Assembly: GCF_018350175.1 (NCBI RefSeq)
Contig: NC_058369.1
Location: forward strand, 1,180,001-1,244,000
Length of the DNA stretch: 64,000 bases
From: Felis catus
Lineage: Eukaryota
Direction of reading: 5' to 3'
This document shows positions 34,067-45,879 of the stretch, piece by piece. Made by a program: the position numbers and the translations under genes. The notes beneath the pieces are model-generated. The model saw nothing but the letters and a program-made list of their open reading frames with translations. It was not told where the DNA came from and ran no database searches. How positions within the stretch are numbered: position 1 is the first letter of the stretch; every line of letters starts with the position of its first letter.

Positions 34067-36334
34067 TAGGGACTTCGAAGCCAAAGCAGGCAGCCTCCAC
34101 CCTGCGGAGGAAAGAAGTCCTCTCTGGCTTTCCTCTTCGGATGGACCTGATGCCCCCACCATGCGCGGGGAGCAAGGCTCTGGCATGAGCTCAGGGGGGC
34201 GGCTGCAGCCGGTGGAGGACTTTGTTCTAATAGTAAACTTCAGACTAGGGTCCGTCCGTGTAGACTCACCTTCAGGTGGACAGAGGTATTCGCAGGCCTC
34301 TGGGCGCTCACGGTGGTCGGGGGACGGGTCCCATCGGCCCCAGACGTACACATTCCTTCCCAGGTGAGCCCAGCCCCCGTCCTGAGACCCCATCCCCCCT
34401 GCCTGTTCTAGGCCATGCCACTGATGGAGCGAGGAAGTTGGGGATCTGTGCAGACATCCTCCTTTGGGGTTGGGCCCTGTTCCTGACTGGTCCTCCAGGA
34501 CCCACTGGAGCGATGGCCCAGGGTCCCCAGGGCGCACCAGAGCGATGGCCCCCAAGGCAGGCAGGGCCTGAGGTCTTCGTGGCTCAGGCAGGGGGATGGG
34601 AGGAGCTTTCTAAGCGATGCCGACGCGCACGTGTGTGCGTGGGCATGTGTGTGTGCACCACACCCCGGACCCCCTCTGTGGGGGCCCCCCCAGCCCTGGG
34701 CCGGTCAGCGTCAAGGGAGTACTGGGGTCAGGTGACACGGTCACTGCCTCCCTGGGACGTCCCGCGGCAAGGGCGCTTCCACGCCCTGCCCACCCCCCTC
34801 ACCCAGCCTCGGTGTCGTTCCCTCGAGGTGAAACCGCTGCCTGCCCCTACCGGCGCTGAGCCCGGCGGTGCCCACACTGCCCTGTCTTCTGTCGCCTGGG
34901 CTCTGGCGGACGCTCACGGACGGTCAGAGGTGCACGGCCTCTGCAGGATGTGGGAAGGCGTCCGGTGCCTGTGGGGCGGGAACTCGCAAGCTGGGTTGTG
35001 GCGCTCTGGGCCTGATGGCGGTGTGGCCCCTGGCGCTACACTCAGACTCTAAAAGGGGACGCGTTTGGTAGGGGGCGCTTAGAGGAGCTCATTGGTGGTT
35101 TCTTTTTGAGGAGATCCTTCAGCTTTGGCGCGAGCAGCTGGCGGGGGGTTGCAGGTGGAGGCGTGGCTGAGAGGCCAGCTTGGTGGCAACCACAGGCTGC
35201 AGGGACGGGGGGTGGGGGGGTGGTTGGGGAGGGCTGGGCCTGGGGACGCAGACCCAGGGTGGTTTCTGTGGGCACCTGTCCCTCACTGCACCCAGCTGGG
35301 GTGGCTGCCTGCCTGCCCCCTGCATCCTGGGGGCTGCTCAGTGTCTGCCCCGCCCTCCACAAGGCCAGCTTCGTACCCAAGGGGCCAAGGCCAGTCCCAC
35401 CCTGGTGGCTCGCACGGCCTGTGCCCTGTCAACCTCGGAGCCTGCCCGACCTCCCTCGGCAGCTGCTGCCCAAGTGAAGCCTTGCCAGGGTCAGGATCCT
35501 CCGCGGCCCCACCTGACCGCGGGGTCACAGGCTCCTGGAATTAGGCCCAGGGACATCGTGGGGTGGGGTGCTGTGCGGGGTGCAGTTCAGGGGCCTCTGA
35601 GGTCAGTGGTGAGGGCCTGTCTCCCAACCTTGGGCACATTCTGCTCTGTTGTCTGTCTTCTCTCTACCGAGGAGCAGACCCTTGGCTTGGGGAGAGGGCC
35701 CAGCCCTCTCTGCACCCAGCCTTGGTCTCCACACCTGGCTTTAAGGCTCTAGGGCCCCTGTCACTTGACTGGCCGTCATCTCTGCCAGCAGAATTGTGCT
35801 TGAGCCACGGGGTGGGGGTCAGAGCGCCCCTCACACATGCAATTCACAATGGCTTGAGTCACTGCACTCCTGTGCACCCCAGAAAGTCCCGGTCGCATCT
35901 GTGCCTTGAGAGATTTTTCCAGGATGCCACTGTGCTGCACAAGCCTCTGTGGCGTGGTTTTCCGCTAACACCACAGTCTTGGGTTTCCCTGCCAGTCTGG
36001 GCTCTGGACCCCGGGGCTGCGTCGGGGGCAGGGGGACAGATTCCAGCCTAGACTGTAACCTGTGCCTTCGTTTCTCCGCCAGCTGGGAGCCACGAGATTT
36101 GAGGCGGCGGGACCGGTCAACAGAATGTGTCCTCCCTCTGCACGCGACCCCGAGGCCACCGAGATGAGCGCCACGGCCGGGCCCTGGCCAGCGCCCACGT
36201 CTCACTAGCAGGGAGCCCGCCGGGCCGCCATGGTGTACTAGCCCCGAAGAGCCGCCCGCAACCTCAGGTCTGCACAGACCCGGGATTTGCTCGGCAGCAG
36301 AGTCACCGTGGAGAGGCCAGGGTACCACAAACTC

Positions 36335-36518
36335 ATGGATTTTGACAAGAAAGGAGGGAAAGGGGAGTCGGAGGAGGGTCGGAGAATGTCCAAGGCCAGC
36401 GGCCGGACCAGCCATGGCGTCCGGAGCTCGGGGACCAGCTCGGGGGTCCTGATGGTGGGCCCCAACTTCCGGGTCGGGAAGAAGATAGGCTGTGGCAACT
36501 TCGGGGAGCTCCGGCTAG
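36335..36518 (+). CDS. CSNK1G2: CSNK1G2 first coding exon (exon 2, 36083-36518)
   Basis: ATGGATTTTGAC...CGGCTAG|gtgag; [20 protein letters not shown]...[14 protein letters not shown]. Confidence 0.95.
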
Positions 36519-39500
36519 GTGAGCCCTCTCGTGTGTCCGTTCTGGGGCTCGGGGGCGGGGAGGTCCTGGCCGGGCCGCGGTCACCGCTCCCAGATGGTTT
36601 CCAGATTGTCGGGACTGGGAATTCAGGTACGTGTGAGTTTCTGCCCCCAAAGGAGGAGGCTGTGCTGGAGGGGCGGGTGCCCGGCCTCACCCCTGCGTTG
36701 CTGAGGGCCAGTTTTGGGGGGGGGGGGTCTGGGCCCCCGTGTGGGTGGACCCACGTGGAAGCCGTTAGCTTCTAGCTGGTGGGTGCGGGTGCATGTGCAA
36801 GGTGAAGCCAGAGCTCGGCTCCCTCTCCGCACTTGGCTCAGCAGCCGTAAGCGGGGCCGGGGCCGGGGCCGGGGTCACTGGTGGCCCCTCGGGGCTGGGT
36901 TGACCTCCCCGTCCTGAGCCAGAGCCGTACCTCAGCCGCTGCAGAGGCTGCCAGGATTGGGCTTGCGGAGTCTCACTGCCTGTCTGTGGCTTCCCCGGCC
37001 CCAGGCTCAGGGTTTCTGAGCCAGCAACGGGCAGGGGCTGGGCTCCAGTCTCCGCGTGCAGGTTGGTGGGGCGGGCGGGGCGGGTGCTGGGCTCCAACAC
37101 CAGAGGCGTCTGTCATTCACCGACTGACACTGCCGGCTTCACGGGAGAGACTGGCGCCTTCCCCAGAGCACGGACCAGGTGTGCCCGGCCCGGCCTGCAC
37201 AGCGGGGCCCCCGGCAACCTGGTGACCAGTCTGCAGCTCGTGCCAGATGGAGCCGCCTCGACGCACGCCTGCCCCGTTAGGATGCGTGCGTGTGCACACG
37301 CGGGCTCGCGCACGCAGACGGACACACAGCGGGCCCGGTCCTGACCTGCGGCCTGGTGTCCGGATCACAAGTCTGTACAGCAGGGGTCTTCTGCACCGAC
37401 AGAAGAGCGCGTGCGCTGGGCCGTGGGCGCAGCGGCTGGTAGCTTAAAGCGTTTTCTGAAACTGAGGTATGTGTTCTTTTCTGCCCGGCTTTTGCTCTGC
37501 GAGGTTTTGCGAGTGTCCCTGCGGTTGGGCGTGTAGGTGACCGGTTGCTGTCTGTCACCCTGTCCGTCTGTGTGACTGCACCTCATCGTCCACGTCTGTC
37601 GTCCCGCTCAGGGACGCTCAGCCGGGTGTAGATTTCCGCCGCCGTGAATAAAACTGGCCTGAGCGCCCCTCTCCGAGTCCCACGCACGAGTGTTTCTGTT
37701 GAAGCCCCAGGTCGGAGGGGAGGCGTGTGTCGATGAGAAAGTGCGGACTGGTCTCCAGAGTGACGGTAGCTTTTCTGAGCTCCCGCGGGCAGCACGTGAA
37801 GGTCCGGGGTACCCCAGTCCTCGCCACGATCTCAGCGGCCAGGCTTTTCCACCTTGAACGTGCGCGTGGATGTGAAGGGGTTTTCGTGTGGGCTTCCCTG
37901 ATGACAGTAAGCTGGACGTTCCGTGTCCGAGAGCTCCTTTTTACGTCTGGCGTCCGATTTTGATCCCGCGCCGTTTAAGGTGGTTTTCTTTGTGACAGTC
38001 CCGGTGGGGGCTCCTTGGAGCCGCGTAGGTGTGTACGATACTTCCTCATTAAATTGGAAAAACTTCAGTTATTATTTCTTCGGGGTTTTTTCTGCCTCCG
38101 TTTGTGTCTCTGCATCCTCAGGCTCCAGTTACACGCGTGTGGAGAGGGTTCGATGCTTTCCTGCAGGTCCCTCAGGCTGCTCTTTGGTTTTCTTGTAGTT
38201 TTTCTCCCTGCTTCACTCCAGTTGCCTTTTGCTCTCGTGTGAGTTCACCCTTCTTTTTTGCTGCCGCGTCCAGTCTGTTGGTGGAGTCACTCTGGTGACT
38301 TCTTGGTTTTCTGTGCGGCATTTGTGACTCCGCTCGACCCCTGCTTCTCTCTCTCGGGATCTCCCAGCTGCTTGTTCATTTGCTTTTAAACCTCAAACCT
38401 ACTCGTAACCGTTTTACAGGCCAGGTCTTTGGCGCCTTTGACTGTGTTTTTCCTTGTGATTCTCTGATTTGCCTCCTTTTCTACACGAGTGGTGTTTAAC
38501 GTGTTGGAAGTTGTGGGTGTCTCATGGTATTGGTCGGGGTTCTGCCTTGTCCTGGAGACCCCTCTCGATAGCGCGAGGGCCGGTTTTTGGCTCCGTTAGG
38601 GGGAGGCTGAGGGCTGACCTTACTCGAAGCCTGGAGCCACCCGGTCCCGAGGCGAGGGCTTTCTGGGTTCTCGGCCGAATGTCAGGGGAGGTCAGGGCAG
38701 CCTCCGCATGCTGGATGGCCACGGCTCCAGCCCTGTGTGGCCCCCGGAACCTTCCTCCTGCTCGCGACCCTTCGGGAGGTACTTCCCGTCTGGCCTCTGG
38801 ACTCTCGCCTTCCGCCCGTGCAGGGGGCGAGGCTCCCAGAGCCCCCAGTGCCTGAGCTCCAGCCCCTGCGGCCTGCGCGTCCCCAGACCCCCGGCCGTGC
38901 CGGACACACCCACTCTCACCTTCACCTCGGGGCTGCACTTCAAGGAGACTGGCTCTCCCTGAACTCACGTGTGCGGTCAAAACACGAAGGTTTCTTCAAC
39001 AGGACACAGTAAAGTTAGCAGTTCCCAGAAAGGCTCAATAGAACATCTGCTTATGAGAACGCGTGGTTAAGAGCGAGGCTGGGCAGGCCGCGGGGCAGGG
39101 CACCGCTTGCACAGTGTGACGCTCGGACAGGGCACCGTGTGAAGGCGCTGGTTCCTGCGCGCAGATGCTGCGATGAAAAACAGGCGAGAGGGGTGTCGGC
39201 GGGCTCAGTCTGAGAAGCACGTGGCTCTTGATCTCGGGGTCATGAGTTTGAGCCCCACCGTGGGCTGTAGAGGTTTCTTAAAAAGTTGAAAACGGGCGAC
39301 AGATGTGAACGGACACTTCGCAAAAGCAGACAGGCCAACAGCCGGGGAGCATGGGAGGCTTTCCGCCGCAGGAGCCCGAGCAAGGCAGCCGCGTGCGTTC
39401 CTCCCACGGGGGGGCCACCCCAGCAAACCTGCCAGACGAGGGAGCCGGTCGGCCCGTCGGAGGTCCCATGTGGCGCCGCTCACGTCAGCCGTGCTTGTAG

Positions 39501-42500
39501 AAGGACCCTGGGGACGGGGTGGTCGTCCCCCAGGGTCACGAGGAAGCCAGGCAGTGTTCCCGTGATGGACGTGCTGCAGCGCGGCGTGCAGGAGGACCCA
39601 GGGAGGAGAGAACGTGCCGGATGATTCCGCCTCGGAGGCTCCCTCTCGGGACGTGAAGGTGGAGACTGACCGGGCAGGGGGGTGCGTGGTGGCCACGTTT
39701 TCTGTCCCGATACAGGGCTGGCATTGCACAGGGTTCCGCGTTTGCCAGAGCTCCCGGTCCGAGGCCCGTAAGGTGTGTGCATTACAGGTAACGGTCTCCC
39801 TGGGGAGAACGAGAACTGGGTCCACCCTGAGCTTAATCCGTGGTCTTAATAGGCTGGGACGTTGACGGGACAGGCTGCTGATGTCTGCGACTTTGAGATG
39901 CTTTTTTTTTTTTTTTTCAATGAAAAATAAGGGAGATCCAGCGGTGCCTGGGTGGCTCGGTCGGTTGAGGGCCTCACTCTTGATTTTGGCTCAGGCCACG
40001 GTCCCAGGCTCTGCGCTGAGCACAGAGCCTGCTTACGATTCTTCCTCCTCCCTCTGCCCCTCCCCCACTGGCGCTTGCGCTCTGTCCTGAAAATAAAAAA
40101 AGAGCAGGGGTGACAGGTGCGCAGATACGCAGTGGGACGAAGAGCAGGTTACTGATGTCATCTAGGCGGTAAGGACGTGGGTCTTCCCTGCACCGGTTTT
40201 CCATGTTTTTGGTTTGAAACTTTCATAACACAGGAGGCAAAAACCTATTTGTAATCAAAGCCCAGGGAGCAGGGCTTGAGGGGAACTTTCTTTCCCTGCT
40301 GAGAGTCGGCAGGAAGCCTCTCAGTTGTCACACCGAGTGAACCGAGGTCTGCGGGAAGATGGGGCCCCTCTGCCCACCCCTTCCAGGCCGTGGCAAGAAA
40401 CGGGGGAAGCGGAAAAACCGACCGGGGAAGCAGCGAGCTGGGGCTAAGCCCAGAGGCGTGATCACGCGCACGCAACAGCCAGAGCGATCTCTCAAGAAGC
40501 AGGTAGAAATGAATTTTTCTGTTTGACCAACAAAGAGTTGGAAAATAAAAATTGAAGAGCAGTACCGTTGTAAGTGTGCCCAGACCTGCCCAGTGCCTCC
40601 GGAATAAGTTAATAAAGGACGTGCAGGCTCTTCACCAGGAACCGAAAACATCAGCGAGGGAAGTTAATTCCCAGTCGTGGCTGGGGCCGGCATGTCCCCT
40701 CCTCAGCCTCTCCTGCAGCCTTCTGGGGACGTTGACAGGCCGACTCTGAAACGGCCACTTGGAACAGAGGCCCGAGAGTGTCCGACGCAGGGCCAGGCAC
40801 CCCCCCACCCCCCCGCCGGGCGCCGCCGTGGTGCAGACACCTCGGAGCATGATGGGGCGGGGCGGTGACCCATGCGGTGGGCTGACGTGCGTGGGGAGCC
40901 CTGGCCGTGTCCTGTGAGGCGGCACTCAGCCATGTCTCTGCCATCACATCGGGGCGGGTGTCGCCCAGACCATGCACCGGGATGGAGAGGAAGCCGAGGC
41001 CTTCTCCCACGATGGATCCTACTCAGGACAGCGGGACAGGTGGTGATGGAGCAGGTGTCCCATGTGGGGGCCACGTCCGTGGACTTCAGGGCCTGATGAG
41101 GCCAGTCCAAGGGCAGGGACAGGACAGTGCGGGCAGGGGCACAGGCGCGCACAGCGCCATGCACGGTCATTTCCACAGGGGCTGGGGGCCAGCAGTTAGA
41201 CTCGAGGGGTCGGGCGGCCCCTCCGTCACACGGCAGGTGGGGGCCGGGTGTCCGCACACAGGGAGGTGAGACCCTTCACAGAAGCCCCGAGCTGCCGGAA
41301 GGCCCATCTGGGGTACTGCCGGCGCCAGGGGCTCGAGTTTTGACAGCTCTGTAAGTTTGGGCTCCCTGGGGGTCCTGAGGGCTGGTGATGGGCTTGGGAA
41401 GGCCGTGTGCCCTGGGCTGTGTGTGTCTCTCACCCACGAAGCACACACTCCCAGCCCCAAGGTGCGGTGACTCTCTTGCCCCGAGAAGCCAGCCAGGGAC
41501 TCTCAGCCTACCAGGTGCTGCCGGGCAGGGTGTCACCGGAGCACAGGTTCCTTCCTGCACGGGAAGAGGGAGCTCCCCACCCTGAGGGCCGGGAGGAGGG
41601 TATGCAGCACCCTGGGTGAGTCCTTTGCAGGATTTGACCAGGACAGGCCTCTCTGTGGGACTTCTTGGGGGGGGGGGGGGCTTGCTCCACAGTGAGGGGG
41701 AGGCGGGGTCCAGGGAGCTGGGGAGGCAGGGGCCTGGACGCCTCCTGGTTCTCCGCGGTGGGAGCGGAAGGGGGGCGCCCCGGGATCACCGCGGCCGTCT
41801 GTTCTCTTTGTTTCTATAGATGGGAGAAATTGGAGCGAGCTGGCGTGCTGGAGGGAAGGGTCCCAACAGAGAGGAGTTTGGGACCCGCCCCCTTGAGGGG
41901 GCGGGGTGGGGCTTGGAGGGGGAGGAGAGGCTGGCTGGCAGGGTGGGCGGCTCTAGGATGAGGGTGTGGGGCACATGAGCCCAGGGTGGGGGTGGGGGTG
42001 GGGCTCGTAGGCGTTCTTGTTACTCCTAGGACACGGTCAAGTCAAGGGGGGGGCTTGGCCCCTGGGCGGGGGGTCTCCTCCCTGCAGTGGGGTGCGTACC
42101 ACGCTGACAAGCCTCTCTTCCACAGGGAAGAATCTCTATACAAATGAATACGTAGCTATTAAACTGGTGAGTCCAGGCCCCCCCCTCCCGCCTCCCAGCC
42201 CCACATCTGTCCCCGCTGCCCGGTCTCAGGGGAGGGGGAGGGGCGGTGGGCGCGCACCTTGGGTGACCCGACCACCACGTCTACCTGCCCCTCCCAGGAG
42301 CCCATCAAGTCCCGGGCCCCTCAGCTGCACCTGGAGTACCGCTTCTACAAGCAGCTCAGCGCCACAGGTACCCGCGCGCCGGCGCAGTGCGGGGCCGGGA
42401 TGGGGGGCGCCTGCCTCGCAGGCAGGGTCCTCACAGGTCTGTGCGTCGTCCCCTGCAGAGGGCGTCCCTCAGGTCTACTACTTCGGCCCGTGTGGGAAGT

Positions 42501-44140
42501 ACAATGCCATGGTGCTGGAGCTGCTCGGGCCTAGCCTGGAGGACCTGTTTGACCTGTGTGATCGCACGTTCACACTCAAGACGGTGCTCATGATCGCCAT
42601 CCAGCTGGTGCGGGCCGAGGGCGTGTGGGGGCGGGGCGGGGGCGGGGCGGAGACAGGCGGGGGCGGGGCGAGGGTGGGGGAGGGGCGGGGCGGGGGGCGA
42701 GGGGCCGGCCCTGAGGCCCGCCGCCCCGCAGATCACGCGCATGGAGTACGTCCACACCAAGAGCCTCATCTACCGCGACGTGAAGCCCGAGAACTTCCTG
42801 GTGGGGCGCCCGGGCACCAAGCGGCAGCACGCCATCCACATCATCGACTTCGGCCTGGCCAAGGAGTACATCGACCCCGAGACCAAGAAGCACATCCCGT
42901 ACCGCGAGCACAAGAGCCTGACGGGCACGGCGCGCTACATGAGCATCAACACGCACCTGGGCAAGGGTGAGCCGCGCGCGGGCCGGGCGGGGGGGCGCGC
43001 GGGCCGCGCTGACCTGCTCTCCCCCCGCAGAGCAGAGCCGCCGCGACGACCTGGAGGCGCTGGGCCACATGTTCATGTACTTCCTGCGTGGCAGCCTGCC
43101 CTGGCAGGGGCTCAAGGTGGGCGCGGGGCCGGGGGTGCGGGCGCGGGGCGCCGCCGGGTCGGCGTCGGCTGACCGCTGTCCCCGCAGGCCGACACGCTCA
43201 AGGAGCGCTACCAGAAGATCGGGGACACCAAGCGGGCCACGCCCATCGAGGTGCTCTGCGAGAGCTTCCCAGGTGAGGGACGCCCGCTCCGCACCGCCCC
43301 GGGCCCGCGCTGCCCGCGCGCCCCACTGACCCCTGTGTCCCCGCCGGCTCTCCACAGAGGAGATGGCCACATACCTGCGCTACGTGCGGCGCCTAGACTT
43401 CTTCGAGAAGCCTGACTACGACTATCTGCGCAAGCTTTTCACCGATCTCTTCGACCGCAGCGGCTTCGTGTTCGACTACGAGTACGACTGGGCGGGGAAG
43501 CCCCTGGTACGTGGGGGTCCGGGTTCCTGAAGTGGGCGGGGCCCCAGGCGGGCCAGGAGCCTCGGTGCCTGCTGCCAGCGGGACCCCGGCTTTGTGGGGG
43601 GTGGGGAGAGGCCGCCCGGCCTCAGCGCTGCGTCCTGCCCCCCTCCTCCCCCCCCCCCCCCTCTGCAGCCGACCCCCATCGGCACGGTCCACACCGACCT
43701 GCCCTCGCAGCCTCAGCCTCGGGACAAAGCCCAGCTGTACAGCAAAAACCAGGTGAGGGGCCGGGGCAAGGGCCCCAGTGATGTGGGGGTGGGGTAGGGC
43801 CACCTGGCTCCCCTACTGTACTCCCCCCACCTCACCCCTCCCCAATCCTAGGCGCTGAACTCCACCAACGGGGAGCTGAATACGGACGACCCCACTGCCG
43901 GTCACTCCAACGCCCCCATCACGGCGCCCGCAGAGGTGGAGGTGACTGATGACACCAAGTAAGGCCCCTGGGCAGCCGCGGGGGTGGGGGGGGTGGGGAC
44001 GCCTGGGGCGGGCTCCACACCCCCTCCCCCTCGCGTATTTCCCCTCCCCCACACCCACCTCCCCCGAACCTGCTACCCCGTTCAGGTGCTGCTGCTTCTT
44101 CAAGAGAAGAAAGAGAAAATCGGCGCAGCGACACAAGTGA
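36335..44140 (+). CDS. CSNK1G2: Casein kinase I gamma-2, complete spliced CDS join(36335..36518,42126..42166,42298..42367,42459..42607,42732..42966,43031..43116,43188..43272,43358..43506,43669..43752,43852..43958,44086..44140), 414 aa
   Basis: [11 protein letters not shown]...IGCGNFGE (Gly loop), [23 protein letters not shown] motif, LPWQGLK and C-terminal [13 protein letters not shown]. Total 1245 nt, GT-AG introns, frame kept throughout. Confidence 0.98.
37560..40800. mobile_element. Block of decayed L1 fragments in CSNK1G2 intron 2
   Basis: About 40600-40690 translates [26 protein letters not shown], resembling L1 ORF2 YLGINLTKDVQDLYTENYKTLLREI..CSW. CAGATGTGAACGGACACTTCGCAAAAGCAGA (about 39300) resembles the ORF2 3' end. 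37950-38560 looks like antisense L1 5' region. Confidence 0.55.
39940..40100 (+). mobile_element. Can-SINE (a second fragment lies at about 39202-39285)
   Basis: GGTGCCTGGGTGGCTCGGTCGGTTGAG...CTCTGCCCCTCCCC...AAAATAAAAAA. Confidence 0.78.
42126..42166 (+). CDS. CSNK1G2: CSNK1G2 exon 3
   Basis: cacag|GGAAGAAT...AAACTG|gtgag; [13 protein letters not shown]. Confidence 0.95.
42298..42367 (+). CDS. CSNK1G2: CSNK1G2 exon 4
   Basis: cccag|GAGCCC...GCCACAG|gtacc; [23 protein letters not shown]. Confidence 0.95.
42459..42607 (+). CDS. CSNK1G2: CSNK1G2 exon 5
   Basis: tgcag|AGGGC...CAGCTG|gtgcg; [49 protein letters not shown]. Confidence 0.95.
42732..42966 (+). CDS. CSNK1G2: CSNK1G2 exon 6
   Basis: cgcag|ATCACG...GGCAAGG|gtgag; [22 protein letters not shown]...[10 protein letters not shown]. 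Confidence 0.96.
43031..43116 (+). CDS. CSNK1G2: CSNK1G2 exon 7
   Basis: cgcag|AGCAG...CTCAAG|gtggg; [28 protein letters not shown]. Confidence 0.95.
43188..43272 (+). CDS. CSNK1G2: CSNK1G2 exon 8
   Basis: cgcag|GCCGAC...TTCCCAG|gtgag; [28 protein letters not shown]. Confidence 0.95.
43358..43506 (+). CDS. CSNK1G2: CSNK1G2 exon 9
   Basis: cacag|AGGAGATG...CCCCTG|gtacg; [49 protein letters not shown]. Confidence 0.95.
43669..43752 (+). CDS. CSNK1G2: CSNK1G2 exon 10
   Basis: tgcag|CCGACC...AACCAG|gtgag; [28 protein letters not shown]. Confidence 0.94.
43852..43958 (+). CDS. CSNK1G2: CSNK1G2 exon 11
   Basis: cctag|GCGCTG...GACACCAA|gtaag; [35 protein letters not shown]. Confidence 0.94.
44086..44140 (+). 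CDS. CSNK1G2: CSNK1G2 last coding exon (Cys-rich palmitoylation and polybasic tail)
   Basis: ttcag|GTGCTGCTGC...[26 protein letters not shown]. Confidence 0.95.
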
Positions 44141-44995
44141 CCCGGGACAGTGGTGCCCTGAACCCTCCCACCGCAGCCCCTGGGACCAGCTCGTCCGTGG
44201 CTGTGTGGCCCACAGCCCAGACGCAGACTGCAGGGCCGGCCGCTGCTGCCCGCCCCCCTCCGCCCCCTCGTGGGGTCACCTCCTTCACACAGACTTTGGC
44301 CGAAATTTCTACACCTGTGTCTAGTCCTCCCCTCCGAGAGCATTAACTATTTGAAACAAGGAAACGAAACACAGCGGCCGCCCGCCCTGCGCCCCTCCCG
44401 CCGCCGAAGTGAGTAGTCGGCCGCCCTGTTGGTTTCATAAAGTCCAGCTTGTCTCCCTCGATCCAAAGGCCGTTTTCTCGAGGGGGCGCTGTGGGCGACG
44501 CTGCCGGGGGGCGAACCCGCCCCGGGCCTCCCCGCACCGCAGGGGAAGGTGGGGTGGGGGCGGCCCCCCAACCAAAATGCTGCACCAAAGCCTGGGCCGG
44601 CGGGCACAGCCCCGCGGCGGTTCCCGCGACACCTGCTCGCGGGGCCGCGTCCAGGGCCCGGAGCCTGGGGGCGGCCCCCCCCCCCTTGGCTCCCGGGCCC
44701 GGCGGGGGGGGGGGGGGGGGGGGGGGGTGCGTGGGCGCCTTTGCGTCCGCGCTCCGCGCTGCCGGCCGAGCAGCGGGAGACAAGCGCCTTAAAGCCCCGT
44801 CCCAGCCCCGCGGGTGCGTTCGGGGCCGGGCAGCCCCCGTGGCGGTGCGGCTCTCGCGGGTCCCCGCGTGGGTCGTGCGGACGGCCCGGCGGTGGGGTGT
44901 GTGTCCAGGTCTTGCTTTACACGGTGTACAGAAGCGGCACTTCGGTTTCTTCGGCGCTTCCTGGAAGCCATAGGATTTAGGGGCTTTTTTAAAAA

Positions 44996-45001
44996 AATAA
45001 A
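44996..45001 (+). terminator. CSNK1G2: CSNK1G2 polyadenylation signal
   Basis: AATAAA about 860 nt after the stop, with an upstream TGTA (44925-44928) and downstream GT-rich sequence. Confidence 0.8.
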
Positions 45002-45879
45002 GGAAATGAAAGCACTCTCGGGTGTGGCGTCCGGTGTTTCCAGGAGGCCCGGCTGGCGGTATCCTCCCTCCCCCGGGGAGGGGACAGGCTAAGAGGCGGT
45101 GACCCTCCTGCTGGGGAGAAAGGGGTGGTCGGAAGCAGCACCGCTGAGCTCCGATCGGCGTCCGAGTTCGGTGCGCTTCCGTCTGGGGGCTGCAGGCACA
45201 GCTGTTCACCGAGATGAGAGTCAAGGACAGGTCACCTTGGGTCTGGCTCCACACAGGTGCATCTGAAACCCTAACGGGATGGCTTGTTTTTGGAGGAGAA
45301 ACGGAGGGGGGGCGGGGGGGGGGCAGCTGCATCTGGCTGGGTCTCCAGTGCAGCCACCAGACAGGGTGGGACACCCCAGGACACTCTCACAAGTGGCCTT
45401 GAATGCGGCATGGAGGGCGAGTGATCTTCTTGGTGGATGCTGTGCACTCAATGTGTCCCCCACGTCCATACATTGACACCTACTCCCAGTGGGATGGGAC
45501 AGTGTCAGGGACGGGGCTTTTGCGAGGTGATGAGGCTCAGGTGAGGCCATGAGGGTTTGACACCCCCCCCCCCCCCCCGGTGGGATTAGTGCCCTTGTTC
45601 AGGGGTCTAGGAGCCATGTGGCCAGAAGCAAAGGGAGTGAACTCTGAGCAAAGCTAGGACGTGGTCCTCACACTACATGGCGGAGAGTGTGACCAGGGGA
45701 AGTCCAGCCTCCCCAGGGAGGGGACTGGAAAGCTGAAGGAGTTGGCAAGGCTTGCTCCCAGCGGCATTTGAAGAAATTTGGGGAAATCCTCTTGGATCAG
45801 AAATTCAAAACCTGAGGATGGAAATGGGCAAAGACTGCCAGTGGAAACAGCCCGAATTCGGGAAGGAAAGGACTCCGGA

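Noticed and set aside
43507..43851. Frame-preserving CSNK1G2 introns 9 (162 nt) and 10 (99 nt) as possible protein-extending retained introns
   Set aside because: Both contain in-frame stops (TGA at 43528-43530, TAG at 43795-43797), so retention truncates the protein rather than extending it.
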